64,000 nt of DNA from an uncultured Holophagales bacterium (GCA_963842525.1 CAWJGT010000003.1:864001-928000); one strand, 5' to 3'. Positions 1-11,400 are shown, counted from the stretch's first letter. Numbers and translations: made by a program. The notes: generated by a model not told the origin, from the sequence alone.

Positions 1-850
1 TGTTGACTCCTCCTTCGAGTAATTGGCGCAATGTCGGGTAAAAATTAGACCATTCGTGATCGGGTACCACGAACAGCCTCCGGATGTCTGCGCCTCGACG
101 CACGGCTTCAATATTCTTCTTTATGTATCTCCGCTGATCGCGATCATCGGTCCAGAACGCTGAAGAGAGAGTCGCTACTCCAATGACCTCACAGGGTGCA
201 ACTACTTTGTCTATCTCGTCATAAATTGCTTGGTAATACTGGCCGGGTGAGAGGGCAATCTGACCTCGTGAGGCCAGCTTGAGTATTGACACAAATGAAC
301 TCAAGACATAACGGTCTATTTCGGCGTGCCAGGAAGAAGGGACTGCTCGGAAGGTGCTACGAAGCGTGTCAAAGATGCGGGGAAGAGCCGGATATTCATC
401 CTCCATCTCCAGCCTCACACCGGCGAGCCAGATCGAAAGCTGCGTCTCATTACTGCTTGGGTTGCCTGCATCAAAGAGCATGGTTGTAATACCACGTAGA
501 TCGCTTGGCAGGACAGCGGACTTGTCGCCGGACTTTGCATGCAAGATGCCTGTTCAACGTTTGCCGAAATGAGAAAGGAACACTCCGAGTTCAAGTAGGA
601 CATTGTCGCGAGGCGACATGCGTTCGCCGCCGCGGTAGTTAGTCAGATCATCAGGCGTTGCAATTAGGAGTGCCGCATCTACTTCGGCACCGAGATTGAG
701 GAGTGCCTCGAGTGGGTAGTCACCCGGTCGGAAAATTTCGCGCCAGCCGACAACTGTTGCGCCGAGGGATTCCAACGCAGATCTGACCTGTCGGTCTATA
801 TCTGCGGCCTCACTGGAGGATCCAACGAACACTCTCGGCCTCGAACTCAT
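1..850 (-). pseudogene. TIR-like nucleotide-binding domain protein (PF10137-like) with C-terminal extension; one in-frame TGA at 554-556; runs off the left edge
   Basis: N-term RVFVGSSSEA...RDNVLLELGVF. Manual translation past the TGA stays in frame (TGILHAKSGDKSAVLPSDLRGIT...KKNIEAVRRGADIRRLFVV) with no further stop to base 1. LPSDLxGI is the family's C-terminal motif. Confidence 0.8.
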
Positions 851-1269
851 GATTGCCCTCGCTTCCCTCGTGGCTCTTCAGATCCGCCACTTAAATTAAG
901 CATCTATCCGGGAGCCTCCCGCGGCAGAGTTGCTTGCCAAAGGGCTCCTCCACAGCGATTTCGTTTCCACCATTCTACAGCAGAAACCGGGAAGGTGCGC
1001 AACACCCCCACGTTTTCAAGCTCTTTCCTCTGGCATTCTCTAAACTTTGTAACGAATTGACGGCACTTGTTATGTAGGCAGGACCTCCGTCGGCGGAGGA
1101 CGGGTATCAGGAACATGCGCCGGAGCTGGTCCCCCACCTGTGTCATGCCACAAACCCGAGGAGGAACGAGGCCTGTCCGGCGACGACCAGGATCTCAAAC
1201 GATCTCAAACAGGCGGTGGAGACAGGAGACTGGATCTTCGTCCTGTGGGGAGGCGGCGACAAGAGCCGC

Positions 1270-1384
1270 TCGGCACGAGGTCTTCAATCTGAGCGACACC
1301 GAGCCCGTGGTCGCCGCGGTGGCCCGCTCGGACGCCTCGGAGTGGGAGAACATCATCCTCTACGACCGGAGCCGCGGGGGATGA
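1270..1384 (+). pseudogene. Probable C-terminal remnant of a cupin protein
   Basis: HEVFNLSDTEPVVAAVARSDASEWENII resembles the second cupin motif; no coherent N-terminus. Confidence 0.4.
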
Positions 1385-1429
1385 GCCACTGAGGCTCTTC
1401 GCAGCGCCGTTCCCGTATAGAATCGGCCG

Positions 1430-2026
1430 ATGAAGCCAGCCCCGTTCGAGTACCTCGCGCCCGACTCTCTGGACGCTGCGCTGGACGCCATCGCCCAGCA
1501 TGGCGGCGATGCCAAGATCCTGGCCGGCGGGCAGAGCCTGATCCCGGTGATGAGCTTCCGGCTGGCTCAGCCCTCGATCCTCGTGGACCTCAACAAGATC
1601 TCCGAGCTCGGCTTCATCCGCCGTGGCGAGGACGGCGGCCTCTCGATCGGCGCCATGACCCGCCAGCGGCGGCTGGAGCGCGATCCTCTTGTGGCCGAGG
1701 CGCCGGCCCGCTCTTGCATCTTGCTGGCGGTCCAGGCGGACGGCCACGACCTCATGACGGTCGAGGCGCTCGCGCCGGGACCCGACCAGCTCCACCCCCA
1801 GCAGCAGGCCTTCTGGGAATGCCACGGCCTCCAGTGCGGCTTCTGCACCCCGGGCTTCCTCATGACCCTGGTGCCCTTTCTGGAGGAGAATTCCGACCCA
1901 TCCGAAGCCGAGATCCGCCAGGCCATTTCCGGCAATCTCTGCCGCTGCACGGGTTACCAGCACATCTTCGATGCGGTGAAGCTGGCCGCTGCACGGCGGC
2001 GATCTCTGGGAGTGGCCGGATGCAGG
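1430..2026 (+). pseudogene. In-frame deletion fusion of Mo-hydroxylase medium (FAD) subunit N-terminus and small [2Fe-2S] subunit C-terminus
   Basis: MKPAPFEY...AGGQSL...IGAMTRQ (CoxM/XdhB-like) joins at about 1700 to ARSCILLAVQADG...QCGFCTPG...GNLCRCTGY (CoxS-like). Reads through into the amidase. Confidence 0.8.
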
Positions 2027-3259
2027 ATGATCGACCTCGACCGCCTGGAGGCGCTCTTCGCCGAGCGCGAGCCCGAGGTCCGGGCCTTTCTCCCTGAGGA
2101 GGGGCGGTTCGAGCGCCTGCGCCGCGAGGCTGCGGCTCTCGAAGCCCGCTGGCCCGATCCGGAGCGCCGGCCCCCCCTCTTCGGAGTCCTCGTCGGCGTC
2201 AAGGACATCTTCCACGTGGACGGGTTCGAGACCGGCGGCGGCAGCCGGTTGCCGCCCGAGGTCCTTCGCGGCTCCGAAGCGGCGAGCGTGACGACGCTCC
2301 GGGAAGCCGGCGCCCTGATCCTGGGCAAGACCGTCTCCACCGAGTTCGCCTATTTCGCGCCCGGTCCGACCCGCAACCCCTGGAACCCGGAGCACACGCC
2401 GGGCGGATCGAGCAGCGGCTCGGCCGCCGCAGTGGGGGCGGGCCTCTGCCTCCTGGCGCTCGGCACCCAGACCCTCGGGTCGATCATCCGCCCCGCCGCA
2501 TTCTGCGGAGCCGTGGGGTACAAGCCCACCGGAGGACGGAGGATTCCGACGGACGGCGTGATCCCTCTGGCTCCCACGTTCGACCACGTCGGCCTCTTTG
2601 CGCCCGACGTTGCAGGTGTACGGCGCGCGGCGAGGTTGCTGTGCGAAGACTGGCGGCGGGATACGCCGAGCCGCACGCCCCGGCTGGCGGTGACGCAGGG
2701 ACCCTACATGTCCCGCGTCTCCGCGGAGGGTCTGGCCCATTTTCGCGCCGTCTGCGACCGGCTGGCTGCCGCCGGGTACGACCTGATACCCGTCCCCGCC
2801 ATGCCGGACTTCGAAGAGATCGTGGCGCGGCACTATCGGATCTTCGCGGCCGAGGCGGCGAGCGTCCACCGCGACTGGTTCGCGCGTTTCGGGGACCTCT
2901 ATGATCAACGGACCGCCGAGCTGATCCGTAGAGGACAGGGGATCTCGAACGCAGAGCTGGCGCGCGACCGCGCCGGCGTCGAGAGGCTCAAGGACGAGCT
3001 GACGGAGCTCATGGACGATTACCGCATCGACCTCTGGATCTCGCCGCCGGCCCTGGGGGCCGCCCCGCGCGGGCTCGACAGCACCGGCGATCCGGTGATG
3101 AATGTGCCCTGGACGCACGCCGGGATGCCCGCCATCGGCCTGCCGGCGGGCCGCAACAGCTCCGGCCTGCCGATGGGCCTCCAGGCCGCCGCGCGCTGGT
3201 GGGCCGACGAAGACCTGCTCGGGTGGGCGGAGGGGCTGGAGGCGGCGCTGCGCTCATGA
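2027..3259 (+). CDS. Amidase-signature family protein
   Basis: GVKDIF, GKTVSTEFA, TPGGSSSGSAAAV, GTQTLGSIIRPAAFCG; ATG at 2027 is in frame with the 1430 ORF. Confidence 0.9.
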   Translation: MIDLDRLEALFAEREPEVRAFLPEEGRFERLRREAAALEARWPDPERRPPLFGVLVGVKDIFHVDGFETGGGSRLPPEVLRGSEAASVTTLREAGALILGKTVSTEFAYFAPGPTRNPWNPEHTPGGSSSGSAAAVGAGLCLLALGTQTLGSIIRPAAFCGAVGYKPTGGRRIPTDGVIPLAPTFDHVGLFAPDVAGVRRAARLLCEDWRRDTPSRTPRLAVTQGPYMSRVSAEGLAHFRAVCDRLAAAGYDLIPVPAMPDFEEIVARHYRIFAAEAASVHRDWFARFGDLYDQRTAELIRRGQGISNAELARDRAGVERLKDELTELMDDYRIDLWISPPALGAAPRGLDSTGDPVMNVPWTHAGMPAIGLPAGRNSSGLPMGLQAAARWWADEDLLGWAEGLEAALRS

Positions 3260-4957
3260 GCCCGGAGCCCGTCACCCGCTGCACCGTCCGTCCGGGCGCT
3301 TATTACGATTCGATTGTCCTGATGCAGCTCCAGCGTGCTCTGGAGGCGTTGCCGGGCGTGCTCGACGCCGGGGTGGTCATGGCCACGCCCGCCAACCAGG
3401 ACATGCTGGCGGCGAGCGGATTGGCTCCGGGCGAGGAGGCCGCCGCCGGCCCGAACGACCTCCTGATCGCTGTGAAGGCGGAGAGCGAGGCGGCTGCCGG
3501 GGAGGCGCTGGCGCGCGTGGATGCCCTGCTCCAGGTCCGCCGCGGTGGGGGAGAGGAGGACTTCCGGCCGCGCAGCCTCGCGACCGCTCTCCGGCAGCTC
3601 CCCGAGGCCCGCTGGGTGCTCGTTTCGGTCCCCGGGCGTTATTCGGCGGGCGTGGCCCACGAGGCTCTCGACCTCGGCCGGAGTGTCTTCCTGTACAGCG
3701 ACAACGTGCCTCTGGCCGAGGAGGTCGCTCTCAAGCGCAAGGCCCGCGACCGGGGGCTCCTCGTCCTCGGGCCGGACTGCGGGACGGCGATCGTCGGAGG
3801 GACGGGGCTCGGGTTTGCCAACCGTGTGCGGCACGGCGGGGTCGGGATCGTCGCCGCCTCGGGCACCGGGCTGCAGGCGGTCGCGGCCCGCATCCACGAC
3901 CTGGGAGGAGGGATCTCGCAGGCGATCGGCACGGGAGGGCGGGACCTCTCGGAGGAGGTCGGCGGAACGACGGCGCGGCAGGCCCTCGACCTCCTGGGCC
4001 GCGATCCGGACACGCGGGCCATCGTCCTGGTCTCGAAGCCTCCCTCGCCTGCGGTCGCCGCGCGCCTTCTCCTCGCCGCTCAGCGTACGGGCAAGCCGGT
4101 CGTGGCGTGCTTCCTCGGCCTTCCCACGCCGCTGCGCCGGCTGGGCGGGATCAGCTTCGCGGTAAGCCTGAGCGAGGCGGCGGATCTGGCCGTGCGGCTG
4201 GAAGCCGAGGAGCCTGGAGGCGAGGCGCCGGCGGACGGAACGGGCGGATTCGTCCGTGGCCTCTTCTCCGGCGGCACGCTGGCGTACGAGACGCAGCTCG
4301 CCCTGGAGGCGTTCCTGACGCCGATCTGGTCGAACGCGCCGGCGGGAGATTCGCGGCATCCTCGCCGATCCCGTCCGCAGCCGGGACCACACGATCCTCG
4401 ACCTGGGAGCGGACGAATTCACGGTCGGCCGCCTGCACCCGATGATCGACCAGGACCTGCGCCTCCGGCGTTTGCGCCAGGAGGCGGCCGATCCCGCGGT
4501 CGGAATGATCCTGCTCGACGTGGTCCTCGGCGATGGGGCGCACGCCGACCCGGCCGGCGAGCTCGCGCCGGCGATCGAGCGGTCCCTCGCGGAGCGAGGC
4601 GACGCGCTGACGGTCGTTGTGCTGCTCGTTGGGACCGACGAGGACCCCCAGAACCGGGAAGAGCAGGCCACGACGCTCGCCTGGGCCGGTGCGCGGGTCT
4701 GCCGGACGGTGGAGGAGGCCGCGTGGCTCGTCTGGCGGCACGTGGCCGCTGCGGCGGACGGGGAGGACGGAGGCCCGCCGGTCTCCCTGGAAGAGGTCCG
4801 CGGTCCCGTGGCGGCCGTCAATATCGGCCTGGAATCGTTCTACGATAGCCTCGTCGCTCGCGGAGCCCAGGCCGTCCAGGTCGAATGGAAGCCTCCCGCT
4901 GGGGGGAACGAGAAGCTGGCCGGGATCCTGTCCAGGATGAAGAATGCCCGACATTGA
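3256..4957 (+). CDS. fdrA: FdrA-family acyl-CoA synthetase-like protein (frameshift near 4355)
   Basis: YYDSIVLM, MATPANQ, LGPDCGTAI, SQAIGTGGRDLS, RGLFSGGTLAYE; second frame gives ILDLGADEFTVGRLHPMID and WKPPAGG. Confidence 0.85.
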
Positions 4958-6188
4958 CCACGCCAACCGCACGGCCGTCGAGCGCATGACCGCGGCGCGG
5001 CCGATGCTGACCGGCGTCGCCGTGGCGCGGGACGTCATCCCCGGGATGCACGACGACCTGCTGCTCCACGCCGGTCCGCCGATCGAGTGGAGCCGGGCCT
5101 CGGGACCTCTGCGCGGCGCCGTGATCGGTGCGCTGCTCTTCGAAGGGCGTGCCCGCGACGAGGCCGCAGCGGTCGCCCTCGTCGAACGGGGAGACATCCG
5201 GCTGGAGCCCTGCCACCACCATGCCGCCGTCGGGCCGATGGCAGGCGTCACCTCCCCCTCGATGAAGGTCTACGTGGTCGAGGATGCCACCCACGGCCAC
5301 CGCACCTTCTCCAATCTGAACGAGGGGTACGGAAAAGTCCTGCGCTACGGTGCTTTCAGCGAAGAGGTCCTCGCGAAGCTGCGCTGGATGAACGACGTCC
5401 TGGGGCCGGTCCTCGGCGAGGCGATCGCCCTCTCCGGCGGGATCGATCTCCGGACCCTCCTCGCCGAGGCGCTGCACATGGGCGACGAGGGGCACAACCG
5501 CAACAAGGCGGGCTCGCTTCTCTTCCTGAAGCTCCTGGCGCCGCACATCGCCCGCGTCACGCCAGACGCCGCCGTCGAGTCGGAGATCCTGCGGTTCATC
5601 GGCGACACGCCCCTTTCCGTGCTCAACCCGGTGATGGCCGCGTGCAAGGCCATGGCGGACGCGGCGCACGGCGTCGAGGGGAGCACGATCGTCAGCGCCA
5701 TGGCGCGCAACGGCACGGACTTCGGCATCCAGGTGAGCGGCCTCGGCGACCGCTGGTTCACAGCTCCGGCACAGGTCCCGGACGGCCTCTATTTCCCGGG
5801 CTTTTCGAGCGCGGACGCCAACCCCGATATCGGCGACAGCACGATCACCGAGACAGCCGGGATCGGCGCCTTCGCCATGGCCGCCGCCCCGGCGATCGTC
5901 ACCTTTATCGGCGGGAGCCCCCGGGACGCGCAGAACGCGACGTTGGAGATGTACGAGATCACGGAGGCCGAGCACCCGCATTTCACGATCCCGACCCTCG
6001 GCTTCCGCGGCTCGCCGGTGGGGATCGATCTGCGCAAGGTGGTCGAGCTCGGGATCACACCGCGCGTCAACACCGGCATCGCCCACCGCGAGGCCGGCGT
6101 CGGCCAGGTCGGAGCCGGGCTGGTCCGTCCGCCCTTGGAGATCTTCGAAGAGGCGCTGGTCGCTTTCGCCGAAAGATATGAGATCTGA
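4944..6188 (+). CDS. DUF1116 (YlbE/YahG-like) protein
   Basis: LLHAGPPIEW, EPCHHHAAVGPMAG, MGDEGHNRN, NPDIGDSTITET, INTGIAH-like motifs; overlaps the end of fdrA. Confidence 0.88.
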   Translation: MPDIDHANRTAVERMTAARPMLTGVAVARDVIPGMHDDLLLHAGPPIEWSRASGPLRGAVIGALLFEGRARDEAAAVALVERGDIRLEPCHHHAAVGPMAGVTSPSMKVYVVEDATHGHRTFSNLNEGYGKVLRYGAFSEEVLAKLRWMNDVLGPVLGEAIALSGGIDLRTLLAEALHMGDEGHNRNKAGSLLFLKLLAPHIARVTPDAAVESEILRFIGDTPLSVLNPVMAACKAMADAAHGVEGSTIVSAMARNGTDFGIQVSGLGDRWFTAPAQVPDGLYFPGFSSADANPDIGDSTITETAGIGAFAMAAAPAIVTFIGGSPRDAQNATLEMYEITEAEHPHFTIPTLGFRGSPVGIDLRKVVELGITPRVNTGIAHREAGVGQVGAGLVRPPLEIFEEALVAFAERYEI

Positions 6189-6200
6189 AAGGAGGAGGCC

Positions 6201-7025
6201 GTGTACGTCCCTTATGACATGAGCAAAGTGAAGGTCCTGGACCTCTCACAGAACTTCAGCGCGGATTCGCCGTCGTTCGCCTTTTATGAAGGCCCGACGG
6301 TCAAGTGGGTGAAGCGCCTTGCGTTCGAGGGTGTGAACGCACAGTTCATCTCGACCACCAATCACATTGCGACCCACCTCGATTCGCCGATCCATTTCTA
6401 CGATCCCGGCCCGGACATCGCCGGCATCCCGATCGACAAGCTGGTCGGCCCGGCGTGCATCGTCGACATCTCGCAATTCGGCGTCGGCGATTATCAGATC
6501 TACGGGCCGGAGCACTTCGAGCAGTGGGAGCAGAAGACCGGCATCACGATCGAGCGCAACGACATCCTGGTGATCCACACCGGCTATCACCACTACTACA
6601 ACGAGGATTGGTACAAGGTTCACAACCAGGAGCAGGCGGACCTGCCGCGCGCCTTCCTGAAGCACCCCGGTCCTCGGAGCCTCTTCGTCGAGTGGGTGCT
6701 CGACCGCGGCATCCGCTGGCTGGCCTATGACTGCATCGCCGCGGACCATCCGTTCAACACCAACGTGCGCAAGGCGCGGCCGGACCTGATCCCGGAGGTG
6801 GAGAAGGTGATCGGCATGTCGATCGACGAGGCCTTCCCCTGGCCCGCGGACTACCAGTGCATGCACGTCAAGCTCTTCCCGCACGGCGTCTTCCACGCCG
6901 AGAACGTCGGCGGCCAGATCGACGAGGTGCTCGACCAGAGGGTCTGGCTCGGCTGCTTCCCCTTCCGCTTCCGGGGCGGCGAGGCCGCCTTCTCGCGGAT
7001 CGTGGCGTTCGTGGAGGAGCGCTGA
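6201..7025 (+). CDS. Cyclase family (kynurenine formamidase-like) metal-dependent hydrolase
   Basis: HIATHLDSPIH metal motif, HTGY, HAEN; strong RBS GGAGGAGG. Confidence 0.85.
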   Translation: MYVPYDMSKVKVLDLSQNFSADSPSFAFYEGPTVKWVKRLAFEGVNAQFISTTNHIATHLDSPIHFYDPGPDIAGIPIDKLVGPACIVDISQFGVGDYQIYGPEHFEQWEQKTGITIERNDILVIHTGYHHYYNEDWYKVHNQEQADLPRAFLKHPGPRSLFVEWVLDRGIRWLAYDCIAADHPFNTNVRKARPDLIPEVEKVIGMSIDEAFPWPADYQCMHVKLFPHGVFHAENVGGQIDEVLDQRVWLGCFPFRFRGGEAAFSRIVAFVEER

Positions 7026-7035
7026 GGCGGAACCC

Positions 7036-8886
7036 TTGATCCCTCTCTCTCCTCCGGCGGACGTCAAGGCTTTCCTGGCTTCGACCCGGCTGTTCGGCGG
7101 GTTGGAGGAGGCCGCGCTCGACGAGGTTGCGGGCCACCTGGAGTGGCTGCTCGTTCCGGGTGGAGAGACGCTCTGTCGGCAGGGAGAGGAGGAGGATGGT
7201 CTCTATCTCGTCTTCAGCGGCCGGCTGGCGGTGGTCCGCGAGTTCGCCGGCGAGGAGGCCCTCCTGGGCGAGGTGGGCCGGGGGGACAGCGTCGGCGAGA
7301 TCTCGGTCCTGACCGGGAAGCCGCGCTCGGCGACGGTGCGCGCCCTCCGCGACGTGGTCGTCGCCCGGCTGTCCCGCGCGAGCGCCGAGCTCCTCCTGGG
7401 GAAGTACCCCGGCGTCCTCCTGGCGATCGTTCGCACCCTGGCGGGCCGGCTGGCGCCGTCGGAGCGCCCCGCGCGGAGCCGGAGCTGTCTCGCGCTGGCC
7501 GTCGCTCCCGTAGGCGATCTGCCGATTGCGAAGCTCGTGAGTGGCCTGGTCGAGTCGTTGTCAGCGCTCGGGCCGACCCTGCACCTGAGCGCTCGGGAAA
7601 TCGACAGCCGTTTCGGCGCCGGTGCCCGCCACTGTGCCGAGGGGAGCGCCGAGCACGGCCGCATGGCGGCGTGGATCAACGAGCAGGAAGCCAGAACCCG
7701 CTTCCTGGTCTACGAGGCGGACGCGGCGGCCTCCGCCTGGACGCGCCGCTGCCTGCGCCAGGCGGACCGCATCCTGGTCGTCGCCTCCGGAGAGGGGGAG
7801 CCGTCCCTCGGTCCGCTCGGGCCCGAGCTCGCCCGGCTGGAAGAGGACCAGGGCAGGCAGCTCGAAGAGCTGGTCCTGCTGCATGAGGAGCCGGGCCGGC
7901 CCCCGCGCGATACGGCACGCTGGCTGGCGCTCCACCCGTTCCTGCGCCATCACCATTTCCGCTTCCGGCCCGCCGACTTCGCACGGCTGGCCCGGTTCCT
8001 CGACGGCAGCGCCGTCGGCCTGGTCCTCGGGGGAGGCGGCGCACGGGGTTTCGCCCACATGGGCGTCCTCCGCGCTCTTGAAGAGGCGGGCATCCCGATC
8101 GACCGGATCGGCGGCACGAGCATGGGAGCAGTGCTCGCCGCCATGTATGCCCGCGGCTTTGACTGCTCCACCATGATCGATCTCACCCGCTGGGGGTGGT
8201 GCGAGCTGCAGCCGCACAAGGTCTACACCCTTCCCCTGATCTCGATCTGCTCCATGGCCAAGGCCGAAAAGATGCTGGACCGGTGGTATGGCGAGGATCG
8301 GATCGAGGATCTGTCGACGGACTTCTTCTGCGTGTCGACCAACCTCACCCGCACGGAGGTGGTCGTCCACCGGCAGGGGAGCCTGCGCAGGGCGGTCAAC
8401 GCCAGCATGACAATCCCGGGGATCACGCCGCCCATGCTCGGATCCGAGGGAGACCTGCTGGTGGACGGCGGGGTCCTCAACAATCTGCCGACCGACGTGA
8501 TGCGGGACCTGGGAGAGGGGCCGGTCATCGCTGTGGACGTCTCCGCGAAGCTCGACCTGCGGGCGGACCCGAGCTACACCGACTCCCCCAACCCCTGGCA
8601 GCTCCTGAGGAGCCGCTTCCGCCGCGCCGCCGCGTCCCGGCCGTTCCCGAACATCCTGCGCCTCATCCACCGCTCCGCCCTACTCGCGAGCGATGTGTAC
8701 GCGAAGCAGGCCAAGGGCGAGGTCGAGCTCTACCTCGACCTGCCGATGGACGGGTTCGACATGTTCAACATGGAGGCGCTCGACGATCTTGTGGAGATCG
8801 GTTATCAGTTCACGCGCGAGACGCTCGAAAAAACGCCCTGGAGACCGGAGAGCGCGGCTCCCTATGAAACCGGAGGACGGCAGTGA
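7036..8886 (+). CDS. cNMP-binding patatin-like phospholipase (NTE/RssA family)
   Basis: cNMP domain (VGEISVLTGKPRSATVRA) plus GGGGARG, GTSMG and DGG patatin motifs. Confidence 0.9.
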   Translation: MIPLSPPADVKAFLASTRLFGGLEEAALDEVAGHLEWLLVPGGETLCRQGEEEDGLYLVFSGRLAVVREFAGEEALLGEVGRGDSVGEISVLTGKPRSATVRALRDVVVARLSRASAELLLGKYPGVLLAIVRTLAGRLAPSERPARSRSCLALAVAPVGDLPIAKLVSGLVESLSALGPTLHLSAREIDSRFGAGARHCAEGSAEHGRMAAWINEQEARTRFLVYEADAAASAWTRRCLRQADRILVVASGEGEPSLGPLGPELARLEEDQGRQLEELVLLHEEPGRPPRDTARWLALHPFLRHHHFRFRPADFARLARFLDGSAVGLVLGGGGARGFAHMGVLRALEEAGIPIDRIGGTSMGAVLAAMYARGFDCSTMIDLTRWGWCELQPHKVYTLPLISICSMAKAEKMLDRWYGEDRIEDLSTDFFCVSTNLTRTEVVVHRQGSLRRAVNASMTIPGITPPMLGSEGDLLVDGGVLNNLPTDVMRDLGEGPVIAVDVSAKLDLRADPSYTDSPNPWQLLRSRFRRAAASRPFPNILRLIHRSALLASDVYAKQAKGEVELYLDLPMDGFDMFNMEALDDLVEIGYQFTRETLEKTPWRPESAAPYETGGRQ

Positions 8887-11253
8887 CAGCACAGCCCCTT
8901 GGCGAACGCATCAAGCGCAATGAAGACCCGCGCCTCCTGACCGGCCGGGCCCAGTTCATCGACGACATCGAGCTGCCGGAGATGGCGCATGTCGCCTTCC
9001 TGCGCAGCCCGTACGCGCATGCCCGCATCCTCAGCATCGACACGTCGCGGGTGCTCCAGCGCGAGGGCGTGATCGCGGTCTTCACGGCCGAGGATCTGGG
9101 CGACTACTGGCAGCCGGGGCCGCTGCTGGTGCCGCCGCCGCCGGTCGAGGGGATGGTTTTCAACCAGCGGACGCAGGTCCCGCTGGCCAACGGCAAGGTG
9201 CGCCATGTCGGCGAGCCTGTGGCACTGGTCGTGGCCGTGTCCCGCTACGTGGCCGAGGACGCGCTGGAGGACATCTACGTCGACTACGAGGCGCTGCCGG
9301 CCGTGGTGGAGCTCGAGAAGGCCCTGGAGCCCGGGGTGGCGCTGGTGCACGAGGACGTGGGCTCGAATATCGCAGCGTATGTGCCCCAGAAGAAGGGGGA
9401 CTACGAGGCGGCGCGGGCGCAGGCCGACGTGGTGATCCGCCGCCGCTTCTCCTACGACCGCGGCGCCGCGGCGGCGATCGAGAACCGTGGCGTCGTGGCG
9501 CAGTGGGACGCAGGGGTCCAGAAGCTGACGATCTGGGACACGACCCAGGCGCCGATCCCGGTGCGCAACGGCCTCGCGGCCATGCTCGGGCTCTCCGAGC
9601 ACAAGGTGCGGCTCGTGACGCCCTTCATCGGCGGCGGCTTCGGCCCCAAGATCATGATGTTCTATCCCGAGGAGGTGCTGATCCCCTGGCTCGCCCTCCG
9701 GCTCGAGCAGCCGGTCAAATGGATCGAGGACCGTGCCGAGAACTTCTTCGCCACGACCCAGGAGCGCGGCCAGATCCACGACGCGGAGATCGCGTTGACG
9801 CGCGACGGCCGCATCCTCGGGGTCAAGGACTCGTTCCTGCACGACACCGGCGCCTACGATCCCTACGGCCTCACCGTGCCGCTCAACAGCCAGTGCACGC
9901 TGATGGGACCTTACCGGGTGCCCAATTATTCGAGCGAGTTCAAAGCGATCTTCACCAACAAGACGATCGTCACGCCGTACCGCGGCGCCGGCCGCCAGCA
10001 CGGGGTCTTCGTGATCGAGCGGCTGATGGACCTCGCCGCTCGCGAGCTCGGGATCGACCGGACCGAGATCCGCCGGCGCAACTATCTGCGGCCGGACGAG
10101 TTCCCGCACGACCACGTGATCATTTATCAGGATTTCGCGCCCCTCTATTACGACAGCGGCAACTATGAGCCGGTGCTCGACCAGACATTGGAGCGAATCG
10201 GATACGATCGCTTCCTGAAGGAGGAGCAGCCGCGGCTGCGCGCCGAGGGCCGGCAGGTGGGGATCGGCGTCGTCTCCTACGTCGAAGGGACCGGCATCGG
10301 CCCGTTCGAAGGCGCCCGGGTCCAGGTCCAGACGAACGGCAAGGTCACCGCGGTCACCGGCATCGGCACGCAGGGGCAGGGGCACTTCACGGTCCTCGCC
10401 CAGGTCGCCGCGCAGCAGCTCGGCGTGGAAGTGGACAGATGTGGATGTCGTGACCGGCGACAGCGATCAGTTCCACTGGGGGACCGGCACTTTCGCCAGC
10501 CGCGGCGCCGTGGTGGCCGGCAACGCCGTGCACGAGGCGGCCAAGCTGGTGCGCGGAAAGGCGATCCGGCTCGCCTCCGAGAAGCTCGGAGTCGGCGAGG
10601 ACCGGATCGAGCTGGCGGAAGGCCAGGCGCGCGTGATGGGCGAGCCGGAGAAGTCGATCTCGCTCGGCGAGCTCGCCCGCTTGGCCAATCCGATGCGCGG
10701 CGCGGTCAAGCCGGGCACCGAGCCGGGCCTGGAGGCCACGAGCTATTTCGGCCCCCACCGCGGCGCCACGGCGAGCGGCTGCCACGCAATGATTTTAGAG
10801 ATCGATCCGGAGACGATGCAGATCGAGATCAAGAAATACGTCGTGGTCCACGATTGCGGCCGTGTGCTCAACCCGCTGATCGTCGACGGGCAGGTCCACG
10901 GCGGCGTAGCCCAGGGGCTCGGCAATTGCTGGTTCGAGCAGCTCGTCTACGACGACAACGGCCAGCTCCTGAACGCCTCCTTCATGGACTTCCTCCTCCC
11001 CACGGCCCTCGACGTGCCGCGCGTCGAGGTGGGCCACGAGGAGACCGTCTCACCGCTCAACGAGCTGGGCACCAAGGGAGCGGGCGAAGCCGGCGCCATC
11101 CCGGTCGGAGCGCTCTTTGCCCAGGCGGTCGAGGACGCGCTGGCGATCCCCGGCCTGGAGATCCTGGAGATCCCCCTGAAGCCCAGCCGGCTGTGGGAGA
11201 TCGTGATGGCCCGAACCGCAGGGCCGCCAGCGGCCATCGCTGCCGATGTCTGA
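8883..11253 (+). CDS. Xanthine dehydrogenase-family molybdopterin-binding large subunit (frameshift near 10435)
   Basis: EDPRLLTG, GGGFGPK, PYRGAGR, QGQGH, GTFASR, GQVHGG, KGAGE across two frames; lacks the AYxCSFR motif of true CO dehydrogenase. Confidence 0.9.
11078..11203 (+). repeat. Direct repeat, copy 1 (126 bp; 3' end of the Mo-hydroxylase large-subunit gene)
   Basis: Identical to 14601-14726 apart from one synonymous GCG/GCC difference. Confidence 0.95.
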
Positions 11254-11254
11254 G

Positions 11255-11400
11255 CCACCTGCCCCGAGCCAGCGCCCGCTGCTGCCAACCCAGTGCTGAC
11301 TGCTGGCAACCCAGCACCCGCCGCTGCCAACCCAGCGGCCACCTGCGCCAATCCAGCGCTCACTGCTGGCAACCCAGCGGCCACCTGCACCGCGGCAGCA
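11255..11400 (+). repeat. Degenerate 21-bp tandem repeat (CTG(C/G)CAACCCAGC core)
   Basis: CAA(C/T)CCAG recurs at 21-bp spacing. Confidence 0.75.

Noticed and set aside
554-556. Selenocysteine or recoded TGA
   Set aside because: The context suggests Arg rather than Cys, I saw no clear SECIS-like hairpin, and TGA is the normal stop throughout the window.
8883-11253. Aerobic CO dehydrogenase (coxL form I)
   Set aside because: The active-site loop is PYRGAGR, not AYxCSFR, and the context is heterocycle catabolism.
11255-11400. CRISPR array in the short repeat tracts (also 28083-28340 and 47100-47430)
   Set aside because: No constant 25-40 bp repeat with unique spacers and no cas genes.
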